Notes: generated by a model not told the origin, from the sequence alone. A DNA stretch of 64,000 bases from Candidatus Kapaibacterium sp. (GCA_035549015.1 DASZRW010000112.1:285-64284); one strand, 5' to 3'. Positions 49,801 to 58,775 are shown, numbered from the stretch's first letter. Translations and numbers: made by a program.

Positions 49801-51701
49801 GTGGTATCGACATATCCGGCATCGGCCGCCATTATCCCTTCCTGCACGCAGGCCGTGGTAATGCCTCGCCAGTAGCTGAGCGGAGTATTCCTCTTTGGAC
49901 TTCCATACGATCCGTTATCGCAGGGAGCACAGATCTCGAGTCCCTGCCGGGCGTCGGCAATGGAGGAATAACTGGCTGATGTCGACAACCGCTCAACCAG
50001 GCTTCCATCGTGGTCCACACTCTCCACATTGAGTGAGGCTCCTCCCACCCCCACCACTTCATCCTCGAAGCAGATTCGCTGCTCGTCCCGCACGAGGTGC
50101 GAGCTTGCATTTCGGTCTCCCACGGCAAAGAGAACAAGCCCGCCGCGACCGGCACGCCCGTAGCGGGCCACGATCTGCAACGCCCGCTGCGTCCCGTCTG
50201 TGACCGTATACCCCAGCGCGTCCCATTGGTAGCTGTTAGTACAGATATCCGCGGACGGCACGTTGGAGAGCGAGGAGAGGGCCGGCGGGAGGTCGCTGTA
50301 GGCACGTCCGGATGGGAACGAAGCCCAGAGGGTGGTGCTCCACGTGAACGAGTAGCCGAACATCCACTGAAAAGTCTCCGCCTTCGAATTCTGGCTTTCC
50401 GCGCGCAGCACAACAAGCGCGCGGGAATTTCCGGCTACGCCGGCCGTTCCCTGCCCGTCGTTGGTGGACGCAGCGATCAGCCCCAACGCCTGCGTGCCAT
50501 GCTGGCGGTAAATCTCGTCGCTACCGGAATTACCGGGCCACGGCGAAACATGGTGATCCGGATAGAAGCGGGTGAAGTCATAGTAGTATGCGATGCGCGG
50601 GCTTCCTCCGGTAACGTTCCCAAGCAACGCCGGATGCCGGGGAACAGTCAGCCCCGAATCGATGTCCACTTCGGACTCGGTTCCGAAATCGACTGCAGCA
50701 ACGCAGATGTGCTCGCTGCCGAACGTGATATCGCCGGCACTTCCCAACGAGACGCCTGCCGCTGTCCTCAACCGCTGCCACGCCTTCGCCACCTGCATGA
50801 CGCGAAGATGCCACTGGTCCGGATAGAGCGTATCGGGATTGGTCAACGAGAGATCGCTGACCGGCGCGAACAACGGGAGGTCGCGCGTGGAACTCACTCC
50901 CTGTTCCGCGCGCTCCACCAGGCCGGAGTCCACAAGCATGCGGCAGAGCGCAAGTGCCGTGGTATCGGGCACCACGCGAACCAGGACGTGGCCCGGATTG
51001 GAGGAAGGCCGTGCGATGAGCGGAAGCCCATGCTGCTGCAGAAGAATGTCAACCGCATCGGCGTTCAGGTCCGCGCGGAACCAGAGCATGAGCTGGTCGC
51101 CGAGATACGACACCCCGTGCGTATCGTGCTCCACCACCAATGCCGCCGATGCGATCGGCTCCTCCGCACGCAGTCGCTGGAGGACTGCCGGGAGTTCATC
51201 ACCTGAAACGGTGGCGGAGGTCCGCCCAAGCACCAGCGGTCGCAACCGGGTTTCGGAGTCCATGTCGAGTTCGATGCCGACGGAGGCAGCCGCAGCAGCC
51301 AGTTCCGCCTGGGTTGCCTCGGGAGCCGGCATCACCACGACTTCGGGCTTCGCCGCCAGGTGCACCGGCCTGCGCATGGTACCGGCGTACACGTAAAAAT
51401 CGCCCGGCACGCCCAGGTGAACATATTCGTCGGAAGCACCGGCGCCGATACGAATCGTCCGCTGCTCGGATTCGAATCCACCGCACTCCACGCTCATACG
51501 GTAGACGCCGGGCGCAATACCTTCGAAGATCCAGCTTCCGGCAATCCGTTCCGCCGTATCCGGCAATGGACCCGACACGGTCTGCTGAGATGAATCGCTG
51601 CTCTCGTAAACGCGTTGCAACGCGACGGCGGCATCGGTGAGCGGCGTAAATCCACCGTCGCAAATATGTACGCTCAGCTTGGCGGTGCTCAAGGGTGTCA
51701 T
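43896..51701 (-). CDS. giant leaderless multidomain protease (2601 aa): N-terminal carboxypeptidase-regulatory-like domain, subtilisin-like S8 peptidase domain with large insertions, long beta-rich middle, C-terminal pyroglutamyl-peptidase (C15)-like domain
   Basis: CarbopepD_reg-like segment GSWIFEGIAPGVYRMSVECGGFESEQRTIRI. S8 motifs DQWHLRVMQVAKAW, ...AAVDFG..., HGTQALGLIAASTNDGQGTAGVAGNSRAL (His box), GTSMSCPLAAGVAALVLSA (Ser box). C15-like segment KRILISGFDPF...NPSG...GRPGEYWIDRFPCRG...SGGNYYSNEIFY...TGHLHVAM. Confidence 0.85.
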   Translation of the reverse strand: MTPLSTAKLSVHICDGGFTPLTDAAVALQRVYESSDSSQQTVSGPLPDTAERIAGSWIFEGIAPGVYRMSVECGGFESEQRTIRIGAGASDEYVHLGVPGDFYVYAGTMRRPVHLAAKPEVVVMPAPEATQAELAAAAASVGIELDMDSETRLRPLVLGRTSATVSGDELPAVLQRLRAEEPIASAALVVEHDTHGVSYLGDQLMLWFRADLNADAVDILLQQHGLPLIARPSSNPGHVLVRVVPDTTALALCRMLVDSGLVERAEQGVSSTRDLPLFAPVSDLSLTNPDTLYPDQWHLRVMQVAKAWQRLRTAAGVSLGSAGDITFGSEHICVAAVDFGTESEVDIDSGLTVPRHPALLGNVTGGSPRIAYYYDFTRFYPDHHVSPWPGNSGSDEIYRQHGTQALGLIAASTNDGQGTAGVAGNSRALVVLRAESQNSKAETFQWMFGYSFTWSTTLWASFPSGRAYSDLPPALSSLSNVPSADICTNSYQWDALGYTVTDGTQRALQIVARYGRAGRGGLVLFAVGDRNASSHLVRDEQRICFEDEVVGVGGASLNVESVDHDGSLVERLSTSASYSSIADARQGLEICAPCDNGSYGSPKRNTPLSYWRGITTACVQEGIMAADAGYVDTTIWVATLSTDTIIGLEHATGFVPDQTIMIGDPGPNALHTVKTVFSGRRIELNEAVGAALGCGVRVRALSKSMTNLSQDTVATDTVLHVGSSDGFFKDQWILVGDPAQSTCKIRQLAANGSGNQLTLTAAIDAVFSSSFLSPTHIYFLGGPKGSATLATTLTAIGNHGDGSITVECTAGFWKGQGLMIDAAGKTNVHSVDGKNGAFAATADGADGELIDSNVTSPTQISINDHLQFTHGIGSTVVGGTPSYSNGYGGTSMSCPLAAGVAALVLSAQIDPQTNTSRLTFWEARDILRRSADKIDLLNTGTGQPENSSAPGAGKWFDRNNNPVIEVVGGSTLLVLESVSNDVIVDALGVGDTEIHVADASQYTVGHALRIDSAHTPERAIVKAIVGANVVRLDRALAHSHAANSTVECGWTTITAVSGATIDVVSTLSFVAGQAIQINTGTNAEIRYILSIESATRMIVDRGLKGTHPATTPVKGGRIPDFNHFYGYGRINADRAVGMALDFSNDLRDLMIRDNLSDTGTSPSNTIDSPDLWLRIADPTTDVAANTVPYTQPGPYQVPVFDNPKWICARITNRGVYMGANDTDPTGLYNLPAVVRFFIAHLADGANPAFQFPTDFPYDKVDSVTGLSTDINRLYSTGGHGSYLLGETKIPAGVIAPTGDPTASNTYLANISWPAPPTSGFTTAGDLYLLVDVSPHDGAMNGADAGHNNNITYRKLNFADIGLNGNSGEVLPDAVQVDAIGTVVTTSFTITAVDVKTFSSPDVSIDFVRTAADGTTESTTYHYAGVWCFTQAVTWATITSSPAAGSTNSATFLGNLTLSNAQNGSTIAITARIGSGASLRVEKVHTVSVAALEGVPSETQLRSQKPLSKLHEFANMASVRNQVPDDAFGPKGLTKFRVTSSFVSSTSSDVEAYAATRGTVIIQKVDNDHVNLVLRPIEQTAMGSFTVKYFVYRGLRKSDFLGATETNLVPSAGATQFIQAIYTADAAMAAALHINPSNPVLAKVLGWDPSQAGTTTLDSLFFHVDSSVTPTSGFQLAVADRGMLLGHFDANRIGFEIVLDNDASDLTLDYVRQPVYEIDLSKVTDPLELQFRREEIHRYIDPATYYAMHYYAGVYMHAIPFPPKKEEYLYTDLLSRFHTCDTLYIDIRNEAGYAYDYYGNYGHDVTGAERNNLQFGLAPGATMAQSVYGSGGWPIIATTVTATTAEAMNAFYLKLRIEDNHKPLMHVDGAVIASRAVVGRILDENMLGTGANVEWTQPVALAVPNRQAATPGNRINIGGLVRIHYFRQSDTPIFLPLSPDSVPLPSVGEYTNFVFGPLSATSQWAIPASGAGTSNAVTWNSMGDRTFVGAGAVAGVEVATVSERGIAFESGAANVVHFAIATDYVPAIGMTPPQIAQLPGGSVNSTSGPKSFLQVLVQQLGHLLLVEQEITDGTAVKTFQLVDIPSTPSLSRKNILALGLTQAQHDALAALAGFSPHHARYIVLDPVGAIGEGCQKYRLGVRGWGTGIDTAVTGRHLQLTVFPASGSDIYVYSVDGLLFTSQAFATVEPQTPQPHAGCSIEENVYVSETIPQNDILTPAIKSKIAQFSTALQGLETSGASFNDMRDAVKQRAYDLLETVRGNADTTYDDRQLYWARLAMSAALKDIGPKNIDALLSFLEGCSRGFSPQSTAWPVGRSTTAKRILISGFDPFFLTPIHGYSNIRQSNPSGVAVLNLMNRNYTTPGGKRLDIRGAIFPVRADDFNNMVVENFFEPYIQAVDDDHHVDAIVTISQGRPGEYWIDRFPCRGRTDRSHIVLDNNNVRDEAFPPDPAGKEFYETTLPYDALFPQSGGQPIVQGLYFNQTFEYVDFDQKPQAAVKWDFNDPTKRLRTNRVLVENEVTGLKTPNLITGNIMSIAGSGGNYYSNEIFYRVALMRTRDNPTLRTGHLHVAMLQGAGEDLDVSKTSALVLKVLEILKVIADAI

Positions 51702-52061
51702 GGTTCGAAATGGTTGTCGTAGTGGTATCCGCTCACGGATATGGGAGAACCGCCGTGTGCATCAGTCGCCAACGGAGACATTCTTCACGGCAGAGATGGC
51801 AATGGACGCACTGCATGCCGCCATTGCGCATCTGTTCAACGTCGCTGATCAAACAGGCGCTATGGATGCGCCCGAATTATTTCGACCCGGGGTGTGCGGT
51901 GGGTACGGTGGCCGATCGATTCGGAATGGCAGTGCCGGGTTGCGTGCACGATGCCATCGTGGTATCTGCGTATGCGCCATGCTCTCATGGCACAACATGA
52001 TCATCGCATTTCGGGAACTGCGCCGCCGGCCATCATGCCGGAAGGGAGAGCAACCATCGGC

Positions 52062-52679
52062 TCAGAAGCGCGGTGTAACGTCCTCGAAAATCTCCAGCGA
52101 GATTGTTTCAACGATTCCGGCATCGGTAAGGATACGCGCCTTGTCCACGATCCCCTCTCCGATATCCTTACCGAACGAGACACCGTACCGGCGTGGATTA
52201 TGTTCATCCACTTCGAAGCCGGCAGGTGTCAGCATCCGCACTGCAGATCTGCACGCGTCGGGCGTCACGGACGATTTGAACACCACGCTGAACGATGTCG
52301 CGAATATCCCGATATCCCGACCGCGGGAGATCCGAACGATCGGACCATAGTGGTAATCCGACTGTGTACGCAGGGCCAGGAGCTCCGGTGCATGCAGGCG
52401 ATCGAACGGTTTTCCGTCGCGTCGCCGCACGATACGCATGGAGGTTGCCGCATCGCCCGAAAGGTATTTGCTGCCAACATCTTCCAGGCCCAGGCTGTCG
52501 AGCAGGCGCCGAAGGCGAACCGCACCGCTCCCCGCCGGAGACATATTGGTGGCCAACAGATATGGGAAGGAACGATATTCCCGCATCGATGTGTTATCCG
52601 GATATTCCGCGCGAATTCCCGATTCCACGGAGAAGAAACAACCGCTCATCGCCAATGCTGCCGTCATGATCAGGAGCAT
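52062..52679 (-). CDS. hypothetical lipoprotein (206 aa) immediately upstream of, and co-oriented with, the giant-gene cluster
   Basis: Lipoprotein signal MLLIMTAALAMSGC starts at ATG 52679 (Met29 of the listed ORF). A 360-nt gap separates it from the first giant gene. Confidence 0.55.
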   Translation of the reverse strand: MLLIMTAALAMSGCFFSVESGIRAEYPDNTSMREYRSFPYLLATNMSPAGSGAVRLRRLLDSLGLEDVGSKYLSGDAATSMRIVRRRDGKPFDRLHAPELLALRTQSDYHYGPIVRISRGRDIGIFATSFSVVFKSSVTPDACRSAVRMLTPAGFEVDEHNPRRYGVSFGKDIGEGIVDKARILTDAGIVETISLEIFEDVTPRF

Positions 52680-53139
52680 CGGGAGAGCCTGACGACACAC
52701 CAGAATGTGCACGGCATCACTCATCACCCGGCCTGTTGCGTTATGCAGAAAATGCACGACCATCGTGCTCCCTGCGGAGCGCCAACATACGCCGGAAGGC
52801 GGGGAGTATCAATACGGCCGGTGAAGTCTACCGAACGCGACATTCCACTGCGGAGAATGACTTCGGAGCAATCCTACGAAGCGGATTGCGCAGTTCGTTC
52901 CTGAAATAACAGCGTGCAACGCGCACGTGCAGTAACCCCAAACCATGTGAGAGGAAGTGGCTCGTTGCGAGATTGACATCCGGGGCAATGCGGTGGTTGT
53001 TTTCGACAGGGACAAAATTAGCGGCGGCCGTCGCCGAATGCAATAGCAGGTATCACGTTCGCGAAAATATTTTTCACAGACCGTGTTCCCCATGCACTCC
53101 GGACACCATCACGACTTCGAGGACCACCATCTGTACACA

Positions 53140-54753
53140 CTACCTGGTGATGAACGGAAAGGCGCACGATCGGTCATCCGATCGGATTATGCAGAAGTAT
53201 GTACCGGAAGCCATTGCAACCGCTCCGACCGGAAGCACCGTTTCTCCGATCTCGAATGTACGATCGGCGACGGCCGCGATACTACGGCCGAGAATATCCA
53301 CTACGTCGATGCGAAGATGAATGCGACGTGCGAGGCGAAGGCTGAGCAATGGCATCCCGGTTGCATCGTCAACCACGAGTTGGACGGCCGCCGGGTTCTC
53401 CAGTCCGGTTGAACGCTCCGGAACTGCGCTCGTTCCCGCCAGGCGCGCTGCAAACATCGAGGAGGAGCCGGATCCGCGAAGGGTGGTGGCCCCGAAGATC
53501 GCCGTGCAGGTGCCTGCAAGATCGTCGCCGAACGAACCGGCTGCAAGCACCGTACCCCGTGGATCCCACGCAATCCCCTCTCCCATCTGCGGCTTGCTGC
53601 CGCGCGGCTGCACCATCCAGGCGATCCGCCCCTCCGGCGTAAACCGGGCGATGAATGCCATCTCATCACGCCCTCCGTTGCCCGGAGTTCCGGTCGCGAT
53701 TATGGTATCAACCGTTGCGGCGAACGGAACCGTTCCGATCACCTCGAACCAGCCATCCGGCTCTGCGGTAATGCCCTTCACCGCTCCGTTGATGCTCCTC
53801 TGCCAGAGGAGGTTGCCGGTGCGATCGTACTTGAAGAGCCTGCTCGGTGAGCCGGATTGCGGGGCAAGAACCACATAGCTGTTCCCCGCGGCGTCGATCT
53901 CCACGTCGCGGGCCAGAACGAGTTCGCTCACGGGAGCCATCTGTCGCAGCCAGAGCAGGTTGCCGGCGGAATCGAGAGCCGCCGTGCATGCCATATAGTG
54001 GCCGTCGGTAATCACCACCGTGGCGGTATCAATTGTCACCGTGTCGAGCAGTGTTCCGGCGACGACGAGGGCGCCGCTGGAATCGAGCGCGGCCGCGCGA
54101 AACAACGCCTCGCCGGATTCTGATGATACCACACGCCAACGAAGTGAACCATCGGGTGCGTATCGGGCAATCTCACCACGGCGCGGCGTCCCCTCCCAAT
54201 GCCCAACGACACAGGCGCCGCCGTCGCGTTCGACCACCACGTCCTGATAGGCACTGCGCGGCGCGGCGGAATCGTAAACCTGCCATCGCAATCCACCCGC
54301 GGGCGAATACCGGGCAAGGAATCCAAGTGTGCGGACCACGGTTCCACCGGCCGTATCGGCATGCACGGGAATATCCGCGGCCTGCCCGGCGAAAAACAGA
54401 TCGCCGGCCACGTTGGTACCGACGCCGACGGCATCGGCGAAAATTCCGGTTTCAACGGTCTTCACCCACTGCGCCGAACCGCCGGCATCCACATGCAGGG
54501 CATATTCGGAGAGAGTCGTGGAATTCGGGAAATGTACGGTGTCGCAGACCACCGGGCCGTCCACGTTCGAGACATAGAAACCGGCAATATATGCGCCGCC
54601 GTTTCCATCGGGCAGAATTTTTCTCCCATATACACGCAAGCCTCCGCCGGCCGAAGTAGCCCAGGTGAACGTCTGTGCGTGAACAGCAAACCCGAACAAC
54701 AGCATGAACACCGAAGAAGCAAGTATCCTGGGCACACTGCGGACGCAGGGCAT
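53140..54753 (-). CDS. secreted beta-propeller (SBBP-like) repeat protein with a type IX secretion system C-terminal sorting domain
   Basis: Signal peptide MPCVRSVPRILASSVFMLLFGFAVHAQ. Repeated G..Y..G..S.. beta-propeller units. The C-terminal ~70 aa (IDVVDILGRSIAAVADRTFEIGETVLPVGAVAMASGTYFCIIRSDDRS...) match the Por_Secre_tail/T9SS CTD pattern. The start is uncertain (54753 or 54768). Confidence 0.8.
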   Translation of the reverse strand: MPCVRSVPRILASSVFMLLFGFAVHAQTFTWATSAGGGLRVYGRKILPDGNGGAYIAGFYVSNVDGPVVCDTVHFPNSTTLSEYALHVDAGGSAQWVKTVETGIFADAVGVGTNVAGDLFFAGQAADIPVHADTAGGTVVRTLGFLARYSPAGGLRWQVYDSAAPRSAYQDVVVERDGGACVVGHWEGTPRRGEIARYAPDGSLRWRVVSSESGEALFRAAALDSSGALVVAGTLLDTVTIDTATVVITDGHYMACTAALDSAGNLLWLRQMAPVSELVLARDVEIDAAGNSYVVLAPQSGSPSRLFKYDRTGNLLWQRSINGAVKGITAEPDGWFEVIGTVPFAATVDTIIATGTPGNGGRDEMAFIARFTPEGRIAWMVQPRGSKPQMGEGIAWDPRGTVLAAGSFGDDLAGTCTAIFGATTLRGSGSSSMFAARLAGTSAVPERSTGLENPAAVQLVVDDATGMPLLSLRLARRIHLRIDVVDILGRSIAAVADRTFEIGETVLPVGAVAMASGTYFCIIRSDDRSCAFPFITR

Positions 54754-55515
54754 GGAAATACCGCTCATGATATCATCCTCCATCGAATATTCACCGGAAT
54801 TATTCCCGGCGCGCCTGACCATCACCGCGCCGCCGCGCGACCGTCCGGTCACGAACCCAGGAACGGGAGAAGCACAAAACTACGGCACGAAAACGGCATG
54901 CGCGGAGGTTCCTCCGAGACGCGTTCGAGCAGATGGAATTCCGGTATCGAATCGGCCGGCCGCTCCGGAAGCCGCACCATCGCACTCGCCTGCATGGAAG
55001 TAACCCAACTGCTCCGGCTCGGGCACCGGTCCGTAGCGATTCTCCCGCTCCCCCTTTGCGAAAGCCGCGCGAACAGACCACCCATGCCGGCCCGATCGGC
55101 GGCAACGGCAACAACGGCAGCCGGAAACCGGAGCGGCCGATATCGAGACAGCGTTTGATTGCCGCGACGAACAACGTCCAATGGAGGGCCGGGCAGAGAA
55201 CCCGCACAGCCGCCGGAGGAAACAACCGTCCCAGTACGATGGAGAGGACTGTAACGATCGAGAGGGTGGCGTACCGGAAATCGCCGCGGGCGATGCGGCC
55301 GTGCAGGGAAGAGAAGAGCCGCAGGAGGAGCATGTTCGGCGAATTCTTGTGCGGAGCCGCGGCGTACGCCGTTCGCACGCGGCGGCAATATCGCACCGCG
55401 GCCGGTAGAATACGAGCCCGTCTGCGGACCCGCCCTCCCCCCTGCTAACCAATCACCGGCCTGCAACGTCAACGCTGTATCCGGGATTCAATCAATCATT
55501 GAAGAGGAGGCCTCG

Positions 55516-55749
55516 ATGGCCAGGTGTGAAGTGTGCGGCAATGATTACGATCTCTCCTTCCAGGTGATTACCGCCGGCGTCACCCACGTGTTCGACAGCT
55601 TCGAATGCGCCATTCAAAAGCTTGCTCCCATCTGTGAGCATTGCGGCTGCCGGATCATCGGGCATGGTGTTGAAGCCAGCAACACGTTCTACTGCTGTGC
55701 CCATTGCGCTCACGAGTCCGGTGTACGGGAGATCGTGGATCGCGCCTGA
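55516..55749 (+). CDS. small Cys-rich metal-binding protein (YHS/TRASH-like, 77 aa)
   Basis: CEVCGNDYD...THVFDSFECAIQK fits the C-x2-C...F(D/C)S.EC pattern. A second half CEHCGC...FYCCAHCAH adds 11 Cys in 77 aa. Confidence 0.55.
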   Translation: MARCEVCGNDYDLSFQVITAGVTHVFDSFECAIQKLAPICEHCGCRIIGHGVEASNTFYCCAHCAHESGVREIVDRA

Positions 55750-56095
55750 TGGCTCCCGGTACGCAGCAAACGATGAACACGTACATGGTGCCAGTACCGT
55801 CATCCTGCCTCTGCCGGCTCTCCTGCCCGCCGATGGGCACCGCCATGCCTCCCCGCATGGCACCGACAGCGAGGAAGATCACCGGCCGCTCCGGCTCTCG
55901 GGGCCATGTACTGAAACGCCGGCGGCCGTGCCGCCAGCGGATCCGGAGCAGCATCGTCGCAGACACCACGGTAACATCCCTTCGCCCATCGACACTCTAC
56001 ACGCCGGCCAATCAGCGTGCCCGCCGTTGCCTGCAGTGCGCGAGCAGACACGCCGCAGCAACTGCGCGATCGTCCGGCGCCAACCATACACCGCC

Positions 56096-57508
56096 ATGTC
56101 AACGCAGGACACATTGAAGAATGGTGATCGGCCACCGACGGTCGCCCAGCAGATTGCCAGGTTCGCGGCCAGTGCCACATATGGAGATATTCCGGAGGGT
56201 GGGCGCCAGCGGCTGAAGACCTGTGTACTCGATGCCATTGGCTGCGCCATCGGTGCGCTCGAGATGGAGCCGATGCAGATTATCCGCGATCAGATCGATG
56301 ACTTCGGCGGCACCGAACATTGCACGCTGATCGGTGGCGGGCGATCGGCGCCGGACCGCACCGCGCTCTACAACGGTGCACTGGTTGGGTATCTGGATTT
56401 CAATGACAGCTACCTGGGGAGGAACGGTACGTGCCATCCGAGCGATAATCTGGCCGGCGTGCTTGCCGCAGCAGAGTATGCCGATCGCACCGGCTCGGAA
56501 CTCCTGACGGCGCTTGCCGTTGCCTACGAGGTGCAGTGCCGTCTTACCGAATCGCTGCCGATCATGAAGAAGGGGTTCGACCATTCCACGCTTCTTACCT
56601 GCGCGTCGGCCGCCGGCATCTCACGCGCGCTCGGGCTGGATGAAGAGAGAACGGCAAACGCCATCGCAATCGGATGCGCCTCCGCGCTTGCCCTCACGGC
56701 TACTCAGTCCTACCCGCTATCGCAGTGGAAGGGGTTGGCGGCAGCGCGCGCCGTGAGCATGTGCACGAGCACCACCTTCCTGGCAATGCGCGGCATCACG
56801 GGGCCCATGCAGGTGTTCGAAGGGCGGCAGGGATTGTTCGAGACGGTGAACGAGGAGGCGGATATCGATTGGGAGCACGCCGGATTCGAGCATGTTGCCG
56901 GGATCACGTTGAAAAAGTACGATGCCGAAGTGCACGCACAATCGGTTGTGGCCGCCACGCTCGCGCTTCGTGAGCGGCATGCATTTTCTCCGGCGGATGT
57001 GGAGGCGATCGATGTGGAGGTGTTCTCGGCGGCCTGCGAGATAGCCGGAGCCGGCACCTGGGGCGGCCGGAGGAATGTACACACCAGGGAGGACGCCGAT
57101 CACAGCATCCCGTATCTGGCGGCCGTGGCAATTCTGGACGGCCAGGTGCAGCCGGCGCAATATGTCCGGTCCAGAATTCTGTCGAGGGATGTGCAGGATC
57201 TGCTCCAGCGTGTGTCCGTGCATCGGAGATTCGAGTATACCCGCCGCTACCCGGAGGAGGTTCCCTGTCGCGTTGCGGTGGAGCTTCGCGACGGGCGTAC
57301 CTTTTCCGTGGAGGTACAGGACTTCGAAGGCTTTCACAGCCGGCCCATGCCATTGGAGAACGTGGTGGAAAAATTCCGCAGGCTTGCCTCACCATGCGCC
57401 TCCGCGGAGCTGCAGGAACGGATCATCGAAACCGCCGTCGAGCTGGAAGGGAGAACGGTTGCGGAGCTTACGGGCCTGCTGGCCCGGCCATGCCCGCCGG
57501 ATTCATAG
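56096..57508 (+). CDS. MmgE/PrpD family protein (2-methylcitrate dehydratase-like), 470 aa
   Basis: Start chosen at MSTQDTLKNGDRPPTVAQQIARFAA (ATG 56096). The listed ORF extends upstream through GC-artefact sequence that overlaps the previous gene. PrpD-like motifs CVLDAIGCAIGA, GYLDFND and AAGISRALGL. Confidence 0.85.
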   Translation: MSTQDTLKNGDRPPTVAQQIARFAASATYGDIPEGGRQRLKTCVLDAIGCAIGALEMEPMQIIRDQIDDFGGTEHCTLIGGGRSAPDRTALYNGALVGYLDFNDSYLGRNGTCHPSDNLAGVLAAAEYADRTGSELLTALAVAYEVQCRLTESLPIMKKGFDHSTLLTCASAAGISRALGLDEERTANAIAIGCASALALTATQSYPLSQWKGLAAARAVSMCTSTTFLAMRGITGPMQVFEGRQGLFETVNEEADIDWEHAGFEHVAGITLKKYDAEVHAQSVVAATLALRERHAFSPADVEAIDVEVFSAACEIAGAGTWGGRRNVHTREDADHSIPYLAAVAILDGQVQPAQYVRSRILSRDVQDLLQRVSVHRRFEYTRRYPEEVPCRVAVELRDGRTFSVEVQDFEGFHSRPMPLENVVEKFRRLASPCASAELQERIIETAVELEGRTVAELTGLLARPCPPDS

Positions 57509-57878
57509 CACGTCCGGCGCTGCATGCCGGCCGGGGCATACCGGATGGCGAGCGTGTTTCCCGGCCGCCGCGGCGGCGGCCGGGAATTCGCGCCTCTGCT
57601 TCTGCCACGAGCAGATTACCATCAATCGCACACTGCCGATACGTGCGATCATGGCCTGTGGTCCGGCATCGGACAGCGGCGGGGTGCACCGCTGCCCGTA
57701 CCTCCCGAATAGAGCGAGCGCCTGCTGGCCGAGAGGAGCGTGTGCCATGGCGCTCGCCGGGCCGGATCGGACTGTCGGGGAAAACCGACCCGCCGGAAAC
57801 TTCGTGGGCGCTGTCGCGGGAGGAGATGCCTCCAGCCCGGTGCATCCGTTCGATGCCCCGCCTCTCCGAACTCACATT

Positions 57879-58775
57879 TCAAAATTCCCGTTCCGCAAGC
57901 GTGATCCCCCGTTCGGTCGCGACCAGATCGTATGTGCGCCGGAGCGGGACGGCCGGAATAATCCTCCCTCCCGGACTCACAGGCCTCTCCTGGTTCGACT
58001 CCACCGTCAGTCGATATCGGCCCACCGGAATATTCTTCAGAGGCACACGCCTGCGCAGATCGGCGATCTCCACCTGGCACGGCACGGCGCTGCTGTCCAG
58101 GCACAATCCCTCTGCCGAACGAAGAATCACTGAAAGCATCCCCCGGTATGTACCGTTTCCGAGCGGATGGAGATCGGCCACCACGAACGTCTCTTCCCCG
58201 TTCCGGATCACCGAGGCCCCCTCGAGATCCAGCCCCGTCGCCACGGCTCCCTTGCGATACGCCACCTGCAGGATCGCATTCATTTTGAATTGCATGTTGG
58301 TATTGCCCCCTGTAATGCCCGCCGATGTAGTATCTGCCGAATCCCTCCGGCCCTCCTGCGGTTCCGCGGAAGCCACGATCAACCTGCCGACATACTCACC
58401 ATCGGGAAGCCCTGCCGGTGGCGTTGCAAACAGACGGATGGTTCTGGCGTGGTGCGGCGCGAGTACGAATTGCTGCGGATAGATCTTCACCCACTCCGCG
58501 CACGAGCGCCGGCGCTCATCCGCGGATGCAGCGGAGTCCAGCCGTTCGTTGCCTGCCGAGTCGGTTCGTAGGATGAGCAAACCGATGCCGGCCGATACAC
58601 GGAGCGGAAGCGGCCCGCTGTTCGATATCACGATCTCCTGCGTTCGCGCCTCCGATGTGAGCACGATGGGATCGGGCGATACCGATATCTGCGCACGAGC
58701 GGACGCGGAGGCCGCGAATACGATCGCCGTGAGAAAAGCCCCTCCGGCGCTGCGGATACGAATGATCGTGTCCAC
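57879..58775 (-). CDS. hypothetical secreted protein (298 aa), possibly PapD-like Ig-fold
   Basis: Signal peptide MDTIIRIRSAGGAFLTAIVFAASASARAQ. The N-terminal ISVSPDPIVLTSEARTQEIVISNSGPLPLRV resembles the chaperone/MSP-type Ig fold. The similarity was judged by eye only. Confidence 0.5.
   Translation of the reverse strand: MDTIIRIRSAGGAFLTAIVFAASASARAQISVSPDPIVLTSEARTQEIVISNSGPLPLRVSAGIGLLILRTDSAGNERLDSAASADERRRSCAEWVKIYPQQFVLAPHHARTIRLFATPPAGLPDGEYVGRLIVASAEPQEGRRDSADTTSAGITGGNTNMQFKMNAILQVAYRKGAVATGLDLEGASVIRNGEETFVVADLHPLGNGTYRGMLSVILRSAEGLCLDSSAVPCQVEIADLRRRVPLKNIPVGRYRLTVESNQERPVSPGGRIIPAVPLRRTYDLVATERGITLAEREF

Noticed and set aside
51461-51480. tRNA-like T-arm string ggattcgaatcc
   Set aside because: It lies inside the 2601-aa coding sequence with no acceptor or anticodon arm context. 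No tRNA genes were found in the window.
44001-51640. Plus-strand ORFs 44001..45110, 45921..46544, 46716..47333, 47439..48956 (505 aa), 49092..49979, 50097..51206 and 51140..51640
   Set aside because: They are antisense to the 2601-aa S8 protease gene, where the S8 His and Ser boxes are unambiguous on the minus strand. They are compositionally biased.
55622-56095. 5' extension of the PrpD ORF (listed as 55622..57508, 628 aa), overlapping the Cys-rich mini-protein gene
   Set aside because: The first 158 aa (MLPSVSIAAAGSSG...HRRRHHGNIPS...) are low-complexity and non-homologous to PrpD. The conserved PrpD N-terminus begins at Met159 (ATG 56096).
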